DNA of 64,000 bases, taken from contig NC_043017.1 in the NCBI RefSeq assembly GCF_006345805.1, forward strand, positions 26,598,001 to 26,662,000, given 5' to 3'. The position numbers and the translations under genes are program-made. Origin of the DNA: Octopus sinensis (lineage: Eukaryota). The notes under the pieces are model-generated. The model saw only the letters and a program-made list of their open reading frames with translations. It did not search any database and had not been told where the DNA came from. The first letter of the stretch is position 1, and each line of letters begins with the position of its first letter. This document shows, piece after piece, positions 26,014 to 38,559 of this stretch.

Positions 26014-26324
26014 CCTATTTCGTTACTACCCACAAGGGGCTACACAAGAAAAGACAAAAAAGAAAAACTAAACGGATTAAGTCGATTATGTCGACCCCAG
26101 TGCGTAACTGGTACTTATTTAATCGACCCTGAAAGGATGAAAGGCAACTCAGAACGTAGCGGCAGACGAAATACTGCTAAGCATTTCGCCCGGCGTGCTA
26201 ACGTTACTGCCAGCTCGCCGCCTTTAAAGACAGATGAAATACCTATTTCTTTACTACCCACAAGGGGCTAAACACAGAGGGAACAAACAAGGACAGACAA
26301 ACGGATTAAGTCGATTATATCGAC
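26014..26324 (-). mobile_element. SINE B monomer (internal deletion) plus adjacent partial unit with tandem junction
   Basis: Junction GAAATACCTATTTC at 26236-26249. Confidence 0.85.
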
Positions 26325-26614
26325 TTGTGCCTCGGAAGGTAACAGTCTAGATACAATCCCATGATCATTCGTGACTCAATAGGTTCATTACTATTTTTAA
26401 CATTTTATGCATATATAAATACATATACGGTGATTCGCAGGAGGTACTTAATAACACTAGGATGCCAAATTTTCTCCGTTTTTCAAGATAAAGCTGTACA
26501 GTAATATGTAAGCTTACCTGAAAATAAACAATGCTATCATTAATTAAAGGTAATAAAATCAATCCGTGTAAGGTTTCCCTGCTCTAGTTTTACTCATTCA
26601 CATATAAATTACTG

Positions 26615-26687
<73 letters not shown>

Positions 26688-26856
26688 TAGAGAAAGAGAG
26701 AAGTTATGAGAGGTAATGTTGTCAATAAGACCCAAAGGCGTCAGGTAATGCTGAGTAAGTGCTATGAACAGATTATAGTTAAGCTCCTGGTTCGATGATT
26801 ATGCGAATGAGGAGTACAAAGTAGATCATATATCAGCATGTGTATATATATATATC

Positions 26857-27062
26857 GCCATGTTGATTCGTTAGCTACTGCACGCATTTTTTTTCTCTCC
26901 TTCTTTCTGTGTTTTTCTCTCTCTGTGTATCTTTCTGTTGAAGAGCGTAGGCTCGAAACGTTAAAGACTTGTTTTATTTATATTCCTGAGCGCCATACTA
27001 ATACAATTGTTCGTTTGTCTTCACCTGCCTTCGTCTTTGTTTATTTTCATAAAGCTTCCCGT
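26857..27062 (+). mobile_element. Family H1 pLTR-like repeat with hammerhead motif
   Basis: TCTTT-CTGTTGA-A-GAGC-GTAG-GCTC-GAAA-CG-TT-AAAGA at 26930-26967; (TA)n at the 3' end. Confidence 0.8.
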
Positions 27063-27097
<35 letters not shown>

Positions 27098-27101
27098 TAT
27101 A

Positions 27102-27137
<36 letters not shown>

Positions 27138-27140
<3 letters not shown>

Positions 27141-27391
27141 GGAGTAAACACATAATGTGAAACAAGGTGGAGAAAAGAGTACTCAAAAACAGGGGTAGAG
27201 TAACATGCTTTATTCAAAGTAGCAAAAATTCAACAAGACCTGTTACTCTGAGTTCCACGTTCCCGTTCGTCGGACAGTTTTTGTTAAAATATTTTAAAAT
27301 ATGCTAAAATTTTAACAAAAACTGTCCGATGAACGGGAACGTGAACTCCGAGTAACAAGTTTTGTTGAATTTCTGCTGCTTTGAAATAAAG
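27138..27391. mobile_element. Fold-back PLE-like element in (TA)n with a hammerhead-like motif in each arm
   Basis: Arms 27208-27290 and 27309-27391; minus-strand motif CTGT-CCGACGA-ACG-GGAA-CGT-GGAA-CTCAGAG-TA-ACAG at 27240-27277, plus-strand twin at 27322-27358. Confidence 0.7.
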
Positions 27392-27395
27392 TATA

Positions 27396-27467
<72 letters not shown>

Positions 27468-27520
27468 ATATATAATATATATAGATATATATAAATATTT
27501 TCAGAATGAGATGAAAATAA

Positions 27521-27766
27521 CAAGGCAGGGAAAGATATTAGAACATATATAAATATGTCTTACAGCTGTTTCTGGGATATTTTTTAAAAACTTTCATCGA
27601 AGACGGTGTGCGAAAATAATTAATTACTAGTTATTTTAATTAAGATAGGAAATAGCGAGTGAAGTGGAGGAATATAAAATAGACGTGAGATATGCAGGGA
27701 TATAAATTATCCCGGAAACAGCTGTAAGGCCAATTTATAAATGTTCTAAAACATTTCACAGCCTTG
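27521..27766. mobile_element. Second fold-back element (arms of about 59 bp) with GAAA-CAGCTG-TA hammerhead 3' halves
   Basis: 27521-27579 is the diverged reverse complement of 27708-27766. Confidence 0.6.
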
Positions 27767-27879
27767 GATTTATACATATATATATATAATATATAACAGG
27801 GATGATATTATTAAAATACCATCACAAGTGGCAAGCATTTATCAACCGTACGGACAAATGAATGAAATATATACATACA

Positions 27880-27919
<40 letters not shown>

Positions 27920-27926
27920 TATGGAA

Positions 27927-28103
27927 TGGAAGTACTCCGTCGGTTACGGAGTACAGCAGGGATTACCACCATCCCTGCCGGAGCATCGTGGAGCTTTAGG
28001 TGTTTTCGCTCAATAAACACTCACAACGCCCGGTCTGGGAATCGAAACCGCGATCCTATGACGCGAGTCCGCTGCCCTAACCACTGGGCCATTGCGCCTC
28101 CAC
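27927..28103 (-). mobile_element. SINE C with a large internal deletion
   Basis: Head joined directly to the terminal CGTAACCGACGGAGT. Confidence 0.85.
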
Positions 28104-28143
<40 letters not shown>

Positions 28144-28591
28144 TATATATATAATATATATATATATATTATATATCTATATATATATATATATATATAT
28201 ATAGTATAATATATAATATATTAATATATATTATCTATATATATATAATATATATATATATATAGATATATATATATTATACCTGAGGATGCTGAAGTGT
28301 CCTTGGATTTGAGCAAAAGAAAATATGGGAGGATCAGTTAATTATAAGTTGCATGATTACGATATGTCTATAATGTCTGTAGACGTAATTTGCTCAGAGG
28401 TGAACAACGGATGAGAATTAATTACTGTAATGCAGTCATTTTATTATTCAAGTCCCAAGGTGAATTCCAACTGTTGGAGAATTTGTCAAAGAGTATTTAT
28501 CTCAACGTAAAACCAACGAAGCGGATGTCATTTTCTCCTCCTTGCTCTCTGTTGCAAAAATACTAACCAAGTTTTACACGGTATAAATAGC

Positions 28592-29011
28592 GAGGCGGTA
28601 AGCTGGCAGAAACGTTAGTACGCCGGGCGAAATGCTTAGCGGTATTTCGTCTGCGTTACGTTCTGAGTTCAAATTCCGCCGAGGTCGACTTTGCCTTTCA
28701 TCCTTTCGGGGTCGATAAATTAAAGTACCAGTTGCGCACTGGAGTCGATGTAATCGACTTATTACCTATGTCTGTCCTTGTTTGTCCCCTCTGTGTTTAG
28801 CCCCTTGTGGGTAATAAAAAAATAGGTATTTCGTCTGCCGCTACGTTCTGAGATCAAATTCCGCCGAGGTCGACCTCGCCTTTCATCCTTTCGGGGTCGA
28901 TTAAATAAGGACCAGATACGCACTGGGGTCGATGTAATCGAGGTAATCCGTTTGTCTGACCTTGTTTGTCCTTTCTGTGTTTAGCCCCTTGTGTGTAGTA
29001 AAGAAATAGGT
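28592..29011 (+). mobile_element. SINE B tandem dimer (head plus two bodies)
   Basis: Junction AAAATAGGTATTTC at about 28819-28832. Confidence 0.9.
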
Positions 29012-29257
29012 AAAATAGCAACTTAAATGTTTTTTAATCAGATCCGAATGCCGAACGATCAAAATCGAATTGAAGAGCAGAAATACAATCCCGGGATCAT
29101 CGTGATTCCAAAAAATTATATGTCTATATAGAGCAAACGTAAAGGGTGATAGAGGGGCCCTGAACAGATAGGATTTCGCGTTTAGGATTATAGAATCACG
29201 AACGTTTTTGAGTATATGTGTATTTCGACAAAGCAGAAACACATCAGTATATATGGA

Positions 29258-29644
29258 TGGAAGCACTCCGTCGGTTACGACGACGAGGGTTCCGGTTGAT
29301 CCGAATCAACGGAATAGCCTGCTCGTGAAATTAACGTGTAAGTGGCTGAGCACTCCACAGACACGTGTACCCTTAAAGTAGTTCTCGGGGATATTCAGCG
29401 TGACACAGAGAGTGACAAGGCCGGTCCTTTGAAATACAGGTACAACAGAAACAGGAAGTAAGAGTGAGAGAAAGTTGTGGTGAAAGAGTACAACTGGGAT
29501 CACCACCATCCCCTGCCGGAGCCTCGTGGAGCTTTTTTAGATGTTTTCGCTCAATAAACACTCACAACGCCCGGTCTGGGAATCGAAACCACGATCCTAC
29601 GACCGCGAGTCCGCTGCCCTAACCACTGGGCCATTGCGCCTCCA
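29258..29644 (-). mobile_element. SINE family C, full length
   Basis: TSD ATCAGTATATA at 29243-29253 and 29647-29657. Confidence 0.92.
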
Positions 29645-29963
29645 CTATCAGTATATAACACAAGTAGTGACGAGTCAAAGTTTGTACGATTTGCAATCAA
29701 TGTAACAACACAGGTTCGTCGTCCTTTCATGCAAATGTATATTTATTTGCCAACGTAATATTACGATACAAACGGAAGAGTGTCCTCAGCTTCATAAGAA
29801 GTATTGAAAGAACAATAAAATCTATTGTTTCCTGCTTCAGATCTCCTTCAATGTAAAAGGTCAATGATATAGGAATATCTTACATATATATGCTTGGCAA
29901 TGCGATTAGGAGATTCAATTGACACACCGTTAATCACTCATATCATACATTTATTAATGTATG

Positions 29964-30013
<50 letters not shown>

Positions 30014-30080
30014 TCATGTATATATATAGGTATGTATATATATATATGCATATATCTGTAAAATATAATGTATATATATG

Positions 30081-30113
<33 letters not shown>

Positions 30114-30210
30114 GCATATATATATACATCTATATATATGTATATATATATATGCATATATATATATAGATATATGTATATGTGCATATGTGTATCCATA
30201 TATATGTATA

Positions 30211-30263
<53 letters not shown>

Positions 30264-30298
30264 GTGATTATGTGTATGCATATATATGTATATATATG

Positions 30299-30372
<74 letters not shown>

Positions 30373-30636
30373 ATATAATATATATATATATATGTGTATA
30401 TATCTGTCGTTCACGCATTAGTGATTCGGTATGTTCTATATTATTTAGTTAACTTTGATGTTCTAGGTGTTGAAAAGGAGTACATACTTTATCTGGGGAA
30501 TAAAATTTATTAGACCCTTTACGCTTGTGATCTGCACTAAATATCTCCATTTTGATGATATGATAGTACGAAAAGAAATATGAAATATTTCCTTATCCTG
30601 TAATCTACACGGCAATGTAATATGTTATCACATATC

Positions 30637-30711
<75 letters not shown>

Positions 30712-30767
30712 GGTGTGGGTGTATATATATATATATTACATATACATATATATATGTGTATATATGT

Positions 30768-30813
<46 letters not shown>

Positions 30814-31232
30814 TGTGTGTGTGTATATATATATTATGGCGGTAGGTGTTTGTACCGATAGACATACACTTCTTACTACTTCTGAATATAGCCTGAATTA
30901 GCTGAATATTATGGAGCCGGCAACGGAGGAGATCATATTTTCATAAATGTAAGAATCTTTTAGCTTCTAAACTAATCTCAAGATTCGGTTCGCGGCGACA
31001 TCCGCATTCCTCTAATTTTCAGGAAAATTCCGTCACCCGCTACATTTTTCGCATCTATCATTTGACTTTTGAGAATACGTTACGTTCATTATACCGCCAA
31101 ACTCTTTTGGCAATAAACCTCCTTATACTCGATGTTTTTTACAGCAACCGCGCAAATCCTTATTTAGTAGTGATATTGTTAGCAGTAAGGCCCTCTCTCA
31201 ATGCTGATGCCATTTTACAATAATATCATTAA

Positions 31233-31604
31233 CTAGCAGTATCGCCCGGCGTTGCTCGGGTTTGTAAGGGAAATAACTATAAAGCATTTTTCGAGTTATA
31301 GCCAAAAAATAGCAAAAAAATGCGAAAAAAATGATGGTAAATTTTTTTTAGAGTTAAAAAGGTCGGGTTGCGTCCCCTAGACAGTCTGTGGTTTGTGTTT
31401 CTGATTCTCGACCCCATGTCGAATTTATCGATTTTTTTCAGAACTGGGGGAACTTTTCAGATTTTCGCTGCGTTAGTTTTGAATTATGACATTGGGCTAT
31501 GTGTGTGTCAAGTTTCATCAGAATCGGTTGAAAGCCGTGGTCAGAGTGAGGGTACAACCTAACAGACACACAGACAGACAAACTGCCGTTTATATATAGA
31601 GAGA
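31233..31604 (-). mobile_element. Non-autonomous Helitron
   Basis: Minus strand starts A|TC, ends with the subterminal hairpin CCCGAGCAACGCCGGG then CTAG|T; no TSD. Confidence 0.85.
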
Positions 31605-31799
31605 TTTATATTTGAAATTAAAATTGTAATTTCAATGTTGTAATAAAAAACATATACTCTTTTTCTCATCATCAGATTATTCTCCAATCCTTAATTTTCA
31701 CGAGACATTAATTTCATCCCCTGATTTCGAATATCTAACGTTTCTGCCAGCTCCGGCTTGCTAACGTTTCTGCCAGTTCCACGCCTTTAGCCTTCTCAT

Positions 31800-31946
31800 A
31801 TCCTGTCACGCTGAATATCCATGAGAACTACGTTAAGAGCATGCATGTCTGTGGAACGTTCAGGTACATCCATGTTAATTTTACGAGCAGGCTGTTCCGC
31901 CGTTCGGACCAACTGGAGCACTCGTCATCGTAACCGACGTAGTGCT
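31800..31946 (+). mobile_element. Decayed SINE C 3' part
   Basis: TGTCACGCTGAATATCC...CGTAACCGACG. Confidence 0.75.
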
Positions 31947-31952
31947 AGTATA

Positions 31953-32380
31953 TCTTTATATATAAAAGAGAAGTTGTGTGTCTGTCTCCTACGATTTAGA
32001 TTTCTAACTACTTCCACATTTTGCAGTGCAGTTTAACCAAAACCGGGTATCTTATAGTTGTGATTCATATCGAGCCCTTCTGGGTATTAGCGCGCGTCTA
32101 CGATGAGTCTACGATGAGTCTACGATGAGTCTACGATGAGTCTACGATTAAAAAAAAATTACCATCATTTTTTTCCATTTTAATGCATTTTTTTCGCTAT
32201 TATATAGGGGAAGTAACTCTCTAAAAATGTCTAAGATTAGTCAACGATTAAAAAAAAATTACCATCATTTGTTTTCCATTTTTAATGTATTTTTTTGCTA
32301 TTTTTTGGCTATAACTCTCTAAAAATTCTTATATAGTAATTTCCCTTACAAACCCGAGCAACGCCTGGCGATACTGCTAG
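31953..32380 (+). mobile_element. Non-autonomous Helitron with internal 11-bp minisatellite
   Basis: A|TC at 31953, CTAG|T at 32377-32381, hairpin CCCGAGCAACGCCTGG; GTCTACGATGA x4.8 at 32096-32148. Confidence 0.85.
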
Positions 32381-32690
32381 TAGAATATAATACTTCAGTA
32401 TCGCTGCAAACCACTTGAGATCTGTTGGAGCAATTATATAACACATTTCAAACTTCTTACATTTCCATATTTCTGAATGGTAAACAAATAATACACGGGA
32501 GATTAGTTCCACTGCATTCGACACCGTCACAACAAAAAAAAAAACAAAAATGAAAGAAAACATTGCAGTCTCTCGAAAGCGAAATGAGTTGCTTACACAG
32601 ACCATGCTTTAATTCTTACCCTGTGGAACACTTTATGATTGATCTATGTTAGCGACTTTTAAGGACACGGTATTTCATTATGCAACCATA

Positions 32691-33062
32691 TGGAAGCACC
32701 CCGTCGGTTACGACGACGAGGGTTCCGGTTGATCCGAATCAACGGAACAGCCTGCTCGTGAAATTAACGTGTAAGTGGCTGAGCACTCCACAGACACGTG
32801 TACCCTTAACGCAGTTCTCGGGGATATTCAGCGTAACACAGAGAGTGACAAGGCCGGCCCTTTGGAATACAGGTACAACAGAAACAGGAAGTAAGAGTGA
32901 GAGAAAGTTGTGGTGAAAGAGTACAGAAGGGATCACCACCATCCCCTGCCGGAGCCTCGTAGAGCTTTAGGTGTTTTCGCTCAATAAACACTCACAAAGC
33001 CCGGTCTGGGAATCGAAACCGTGATCCTATGACCGCGAGACCGCTGCCCTAACCACTGGGCA
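32691..33062 (-). mobile_element. SINE family C
   Basis: TSD TATGCAACCATA at 32679-32690 and 33063-33074. Confidence 0.92.
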
Positions 33063-33079
33063 TATGCAACCATAATATA

Positions 33080-34149
33080 CCAGGTGTAGTGAAAATGTAT
33101 CCGCCCTGACCTTGATTCTTTTTGCACAAAATAAGAAAGCAAAATCGGTATCGGTGTTAATTAGGTGGCTGCGTCCTTCCTGGGCATGCGCATAAATGTT
33201 CATGTCTGTAGGTTGCGTCATTTTCCTACGATGACCTGCTGAGTACAGACGTGAAGAGTGTCCTGAGTGATTTTTCTTTTTGAGTTAAAATCACTGAGCG
33301 CATTGAGCTGAGCGACTGTATCAAATAAAGGAATGGTAAAACTGGTTTCAAGTTGTGCTGCATTTAGTGGACAGTGAGCAATGAATATGCACTTATTTCT
33401 TTACTACCCACAAGGGGCTAAACAGAGAAGGGACAAACAAGGACAGACAAACGGATTAATTCGATTATATCGACCTCAGTGCGTAACTGGTACTTATTTA
33501 ATCGACCCCGAAAGGATGAAAGGCAAAGTCGACCTCGGCGGAATTTGAACTCAGAACGTAGCGACAGACGAAATACCGCAAATCATTTCGTCCGGTGTAC
33601 TAACGATTCTGCCAGCTCGCCGCCTTGAATATGCACCGCAATGAATATGTACCACAAGGTCAAGCAATTAAAAAAGACTACCTGGGGGGATCATTAGTTG
33701 CTTTCGTGAAACTGTGCAGCGAAAGGGACCCGACCTGTTGTCTGCGAAGAACTGGTAACTCCAGCATGACAACGTACCTCTCATTCCACCTACGTTGTAC
33801 AAGTATTCCTAGTCAGCAAAAAGACACCTCTTGTCCATCAGGCTTGCTACTCCTCATACTTGGCTCCATGTGACATTTGGCTATTCCCAAAGCTCAAAAA
33901 TAGAAAAAGGAACAGCCAAAGGAAAAAAGATTTGAGTCAACAGAGGATATTAATCAAACTTTGACGGCACAGCTGTACATCATCCCAAAAAAGGAAGTTC
34001 CAGAAATGTTTTCAGCAATTCCAGGAACACTGGCAGAAGTGTGTAAACTTCAAAGGTGAATTCTTTGGAGGAGACGAAACCAAAATTATGATTTTTTAAA
34101 TATTACTTGCTTCTTGCCTAAACGTAGGATACTTTTTCATGACACCTCG
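33080..34149 (+). mobile_element. Internally deleted mariner with both TIRs and TA flanks
   Basis: 5' TA|CCAGGTGTAGTGAAAATGTATCC versus 3' reverse complement TA|CGAGGTGTCATGAAAAAGTATCC; remnants EYVPQGQ, QHDN, YSSYLAPCDIWLFPKLK, HWQKCVNFKGEFFGGD. Confidence 0.88.
33393..33625 (-). mobile_element. SINE B monomer nested in the mariner
   Basis: 11-bp TSD TGAATATGCAC at 33382-33392 and 33626-33636. Confidence 0.93.
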
Positions 34150-34874
34150 TACTACAAAGTATATTAAACGATTTATTAGTTAATAATGATTCCTACTGTG
34201 TTAGCAGTGCTATTAAACCACTTGTTAAGTTTATCTCTTCAGACTTTCAGTGCTGGCTGTAATTTCTATAGAAAACTTTAACAAGTTACTTCAATGCATG
34301 CTGAGTAAATCTTGTAACGTCTTCCATAAACATAAAGCGGAGTCTCAATCTGATAGGAGAATGTCTACTTCATCAGTGAAATGAAACTACACCTCTAGTT
34401 ATTTCCAGATACTCAGTTTGCAAGCGTAAACCAATTTGGCGATATATTTAGCTTGATAACATTTATCTCAAAGTTCCCACACACGAATTACTCATTAGAT
34501 AAACACTTGACAGTTGTGATAGGCCTTTTGGATATGTGAACTACATACTTGCACTTTTATAAAACATTTATAAGGATTGTTTATGTCATATTATGCATAC
34601 CAGAGCAAATATACAAAGGAGAACGTGTTAGACGTCTTACGGAGAGTCTTCTTGTATATGAATACATGGATCATGTTGGGTTGTATATCGTTCCGTTCCT
34701 TTGATTACAGGAAAGTCTAATTTGAACCGTCACTCTAAGGAACAATTCAAGCAATGAATAGGAATTATGACAGTACAGTTAAATATATTTATCAATATAG
34801 GCCTTAACAGACTACGCTCAGGGCATTGATTTCTTTCCTACATGGGGAAAATACAAATATTGATGTAAATTTTG

Positions 34875-35088
34875 TGTGCAAAGCCAACAATTTGGGAAGA
34901 GTTTAAATTGAATACACCTGCCCCAGTGTTCAGCTGGTGCTTATCTTATCGACTGCAAAGTCAATTCCAGCAGAACTTGAATGGCAAACTCCACCCCGGC
35001 GGAATTTGAACGACTAATCATAAGGACGAACGAATTGCATAAGAGCATTTTGGCTGGTGCGCTAACTATATCACTAAGTCGCTGCCTT
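34875..35088 (-). mobile_element. Highly decayed SINE B-like
   Basis: CCCCAGTGTTCAGCTGGTGCTTAT and GGCGGAATTTGAAC motifs. Confidence 0.55.
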
Positions 35089-36485
35089 GCGCGACTGTAA
35101 ATGTTGCCAACCAGCGAGATAAAGTTTCCAGGATGTATCCCCACTTATCCCACGAGCGATAACCTAATTTGCACAAATGAAAACAAACAATATTTAATAA
35201 AAACGGTGATCGATTCCTCATATGTGTCTTTTTACACATACATATTGTGGAAATTTGGATGTTCATTTTGTATTTCATTTCTTAATTAATAATCAAGTAA
35301 ATATTTCGTTACTTGTTTTATGATATGACACGTGTAAAATATAAACAACTCCTCTAGTTTTATGGGATTTTAAAAGCATAACGATGTCGGATTCAGCATT
35401 TGAAGTTAGATAAAGTGTTTGGCAAAACTATTATAATACCTAACATATACATAGAGGCTCAGAAAAACACATACATACACCTATACACAAATGCAAACAC
35501 AAATATACATACACAAATTCTCATTCACACACATATAAATATGTATATATACCTACACACATATATATATATATTTATGTGTGTATGCTTATAGAGGGGA
35601 AACAGAGAGAAAAAGATAGAAGTCAAGAAATAAATATATGACGAGATAAACAACTAAATAGATCAACGCGCATATTTGCAATTGACCTCCGTGGTAATCA
35701 TCAATTTGAATTAAGATTCAGACATCAAAGTGTGTATGGAAGTAATATTACAGGAATCATATATGCTGATTGTGGTAATCGGTGTGAGCTTCTATAAAAG
35801 TTCAATGGCGTATTTGTTTAATATGATTTACTTCATCCTATCACATATACGTCCGCTTACGTGTGCGTACATATATGGAAGCTAACGTATATGGAATCGA
35901 TAACAGTAGATGCTTCTATACGCGTATACATACATACATACATACATACACATACATACATACATTACATTCAATCTTACACAGTTATTAAGAAAAACAG
36001 CAATGTCCATTATAAAATTCACAGCTTATGGTGACGTTCATTTACTTTGAAATTTAATGTGGCTTTAGCCAGCCACGTCAATTATGAATTATGAAATTAA
36101 ACGCCAGTCATAAATACGAAATTAACTCACATAAACATTCAATTAATTAGTTGAGCGATTATTAATGGCTAACAACCACATTATTTGGTCTCATGTATGT
36201 CCGTACAACTTTCGATTATAAACGTCTGTGTGTATATTTCTTGGGCAAATATAATTATCACTAGTCACGTACTGACCTATATATCTCTCTCGCCAAACAA
36301 ACTGTGTAGTTGAAATACGTCGTGAGAAGGCATGAGTTAGATTAACTATATTTGGCAGGCACTGTGCCATTATGATACAGCCTGCAACTAATAGGGAACG
36401 CGATGTACTCGACCACTTATACACTTAAACGATATGGAAATAATTTCATTCATGCGGCAACCGAATAATTGTTGACATTGAGGGA

Positions 36486-36497
36486 GATCTATCTATC

Positions 36498-36528
<31 letters not shown>

Positions 36529-36549
36529 CTATTTGTCTATCTGTCTATC

Positions 36550-36625
<76 letters not shown>

Positions 36626-36743
36626 AATCTATCTGTCTGTATGTATGTATGTCTGCCTGCCTGTCTGCCTGCCTGTCTGTCTACCTTTCCATCCCCCTGT
36701 CTATATACCTATGCACATATCTATAAATTTATGTATGTGTATG

Positions 36744-36774
<31 letters not shown>

Positions 36775-36820
36775 TTACTTGTGTTTATGTATGTTTCCCT
36801 CTATCTTCCTGGTAATCTAT

Positions 36821-36853
<33 letters not shown>

Positions 36854-36899
36854 ATCTATCTATCTATCTATCTCTATCTATCTATTATCTATCTATTTG

Positions 36900-36925
<26 letters not shown>
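36486..36925. repeat. (TCTA)n-rich compound microsatellite
   Basis: Visible; similar runs at 25881-25995 and 56879-57035. Confidence 0.95.
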
Positions 36926-36959
<34 letters not shown>

Positions 36960-36961
36960 AT

Positions 36962-37163
36962 TGTTTATCCAAACAAGAAAGCACGAAAAAAACACAACAA
37001 CGCGAGGACGTGGAACAAATATAGTATTATTGGACGCTCAGGAAAGAAGGAAAGAAGGAGGGCTGAACGTTTCGAGCGGAGCTCTTCGTCGGAAACATAG
37101 GAGAAGGAAAAATCCAGAAAAGGGAAGACAGAGGAAAACAAATCGCCAACGGTACACACGCGG
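36962..37163 (-). mobile_element. Family H2 repeat with hammerhead motif (U4C variant)
   Basis: Reverse complement of 11312-11498; motif at 37063-37096. Confidence 0.8.
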
Positions 37164-37669
37164 TAGCCATCTAACTAATAGCTCCCACTACATCCTCTTG
37201 GTGGTACAAATTTTTTGAATCGCTAGCAATACATACATTAAAATGAAGAGAATAAGGAGGATAGAAATTGCGGTTTTTGAACTCATACAAATTCCTCGAT
37301 AACTACAAAAATCTTCTCTAGTGAGGGATTGACTGTAATATCCAATAGCTTCACTTAGCCGTCTGAATTGAACTTAAGACCCTATTCATTAGTTGTTGAC
37401 TGAATCCTGGCGCACAGAAGTAGTTGGAACATCGGCTGTACCCTTTTATGGTGGTTATGGCTTCGTAGTACTACTTGCAGCAGTCCATTTCACCTCTTAC
37501 AACTTTTACAATGTCCATAGAACATTTGAGTAGCAGTATCGATCTGCATTTTTACAGACAATGGGAATCGTCATAATTTAAGAATTTTTCTTTTAAAATT
37601 CACAGGGCTTCCAGACCTCCGTGTCAGAATTTCCTTCCTATAACTTCAATCTGTATTCTCACCAATACT

Positions 37670-37877
37670 TATTTCTTTACTACCCAGAAGGGGCTACACA
37701 CAGAGGGGACAAACAAGGACATACAAACGGATTAAGTCGATTACATCGACGCCAGTGCGTAACTGGTACTTAATTTATCGACCCCGAAAGGATGAAAGGC
37801 AAAGTCGACCACGGCGGAATTTGAACGGAGACGAAATACCGCTGAGCATTTCGCCCGGCGCGCTAACGTTTCTGCCA
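37670..37877 (-). mobile_element. SINE B monomer
   Basis: 13-bp TSD TCTCACCAATACT at 37657-37669 and 37878-37890. Confidence 0.92.
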
Positions 37878-38559
37878 TCTCACCAATACTGTTGACTCTT
37901 CACGAATACACCATGCTGTTCCTGAAGATGAAAAAAAAAATCAGACATAAAACATTGTCAAATTTTGTGCCAACACCCTGTAAATATTCTGGGGTTGTTG
38001 GGATCTGTTCCTATTCATTCTTAATATGCGGACGTATGTGTGAGTTACGAGTTATTAGGTATCCCCATATTCATCATGCATATTAAAGTACCTGAACTAA
38101 CCAGAACATGATTTGTGTCTTTGGAGTCACGATTACGAAGATGAATGTCATTCCTTCGCCGGTGTTGCTACGGGATTTTATACAGAATATCATGTGTGGC
38201 GTTAAATGGAATTAGAGTGGCATATCTGTGCAGGAACATGGTCCTTTCGTTAATCATTTCATCAATTTATATTTGACAATGAATCTTGAGAGATTTTCTG
38301 AACGGAATCCCAATGTTGCGTAGATATGTCATTTTATCATGTCCATCACAGCTGCACGAACGGAAAGACATATAGACACGCTGATAATTAAATAAAAGAG
38401 ATATTCTATTCAAGTATGGTGTTGTGGTTAAAAACAATGTCTGTATAAAAGCATTAGGGAAAGAAAGTAGCGTTCACTGCATGTTTTTGTAATTATTGTT
38501 GTTGTTATTAGTAGTAATGAATGCATTCACACGGGGTGTCAGTGCTCTACGTATGCTTT

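Noticed and set aside
28282-28360. CTGAGGA-TGC in a TA-adjacent island as a hammerhead
   Set aside because: No GAAA following a complementary stem
32096-32148. 11-bp repeats as a CRISPR or iteron array
   Set aside because: Contiguous minisatellite inside a Helitron, with no spacers
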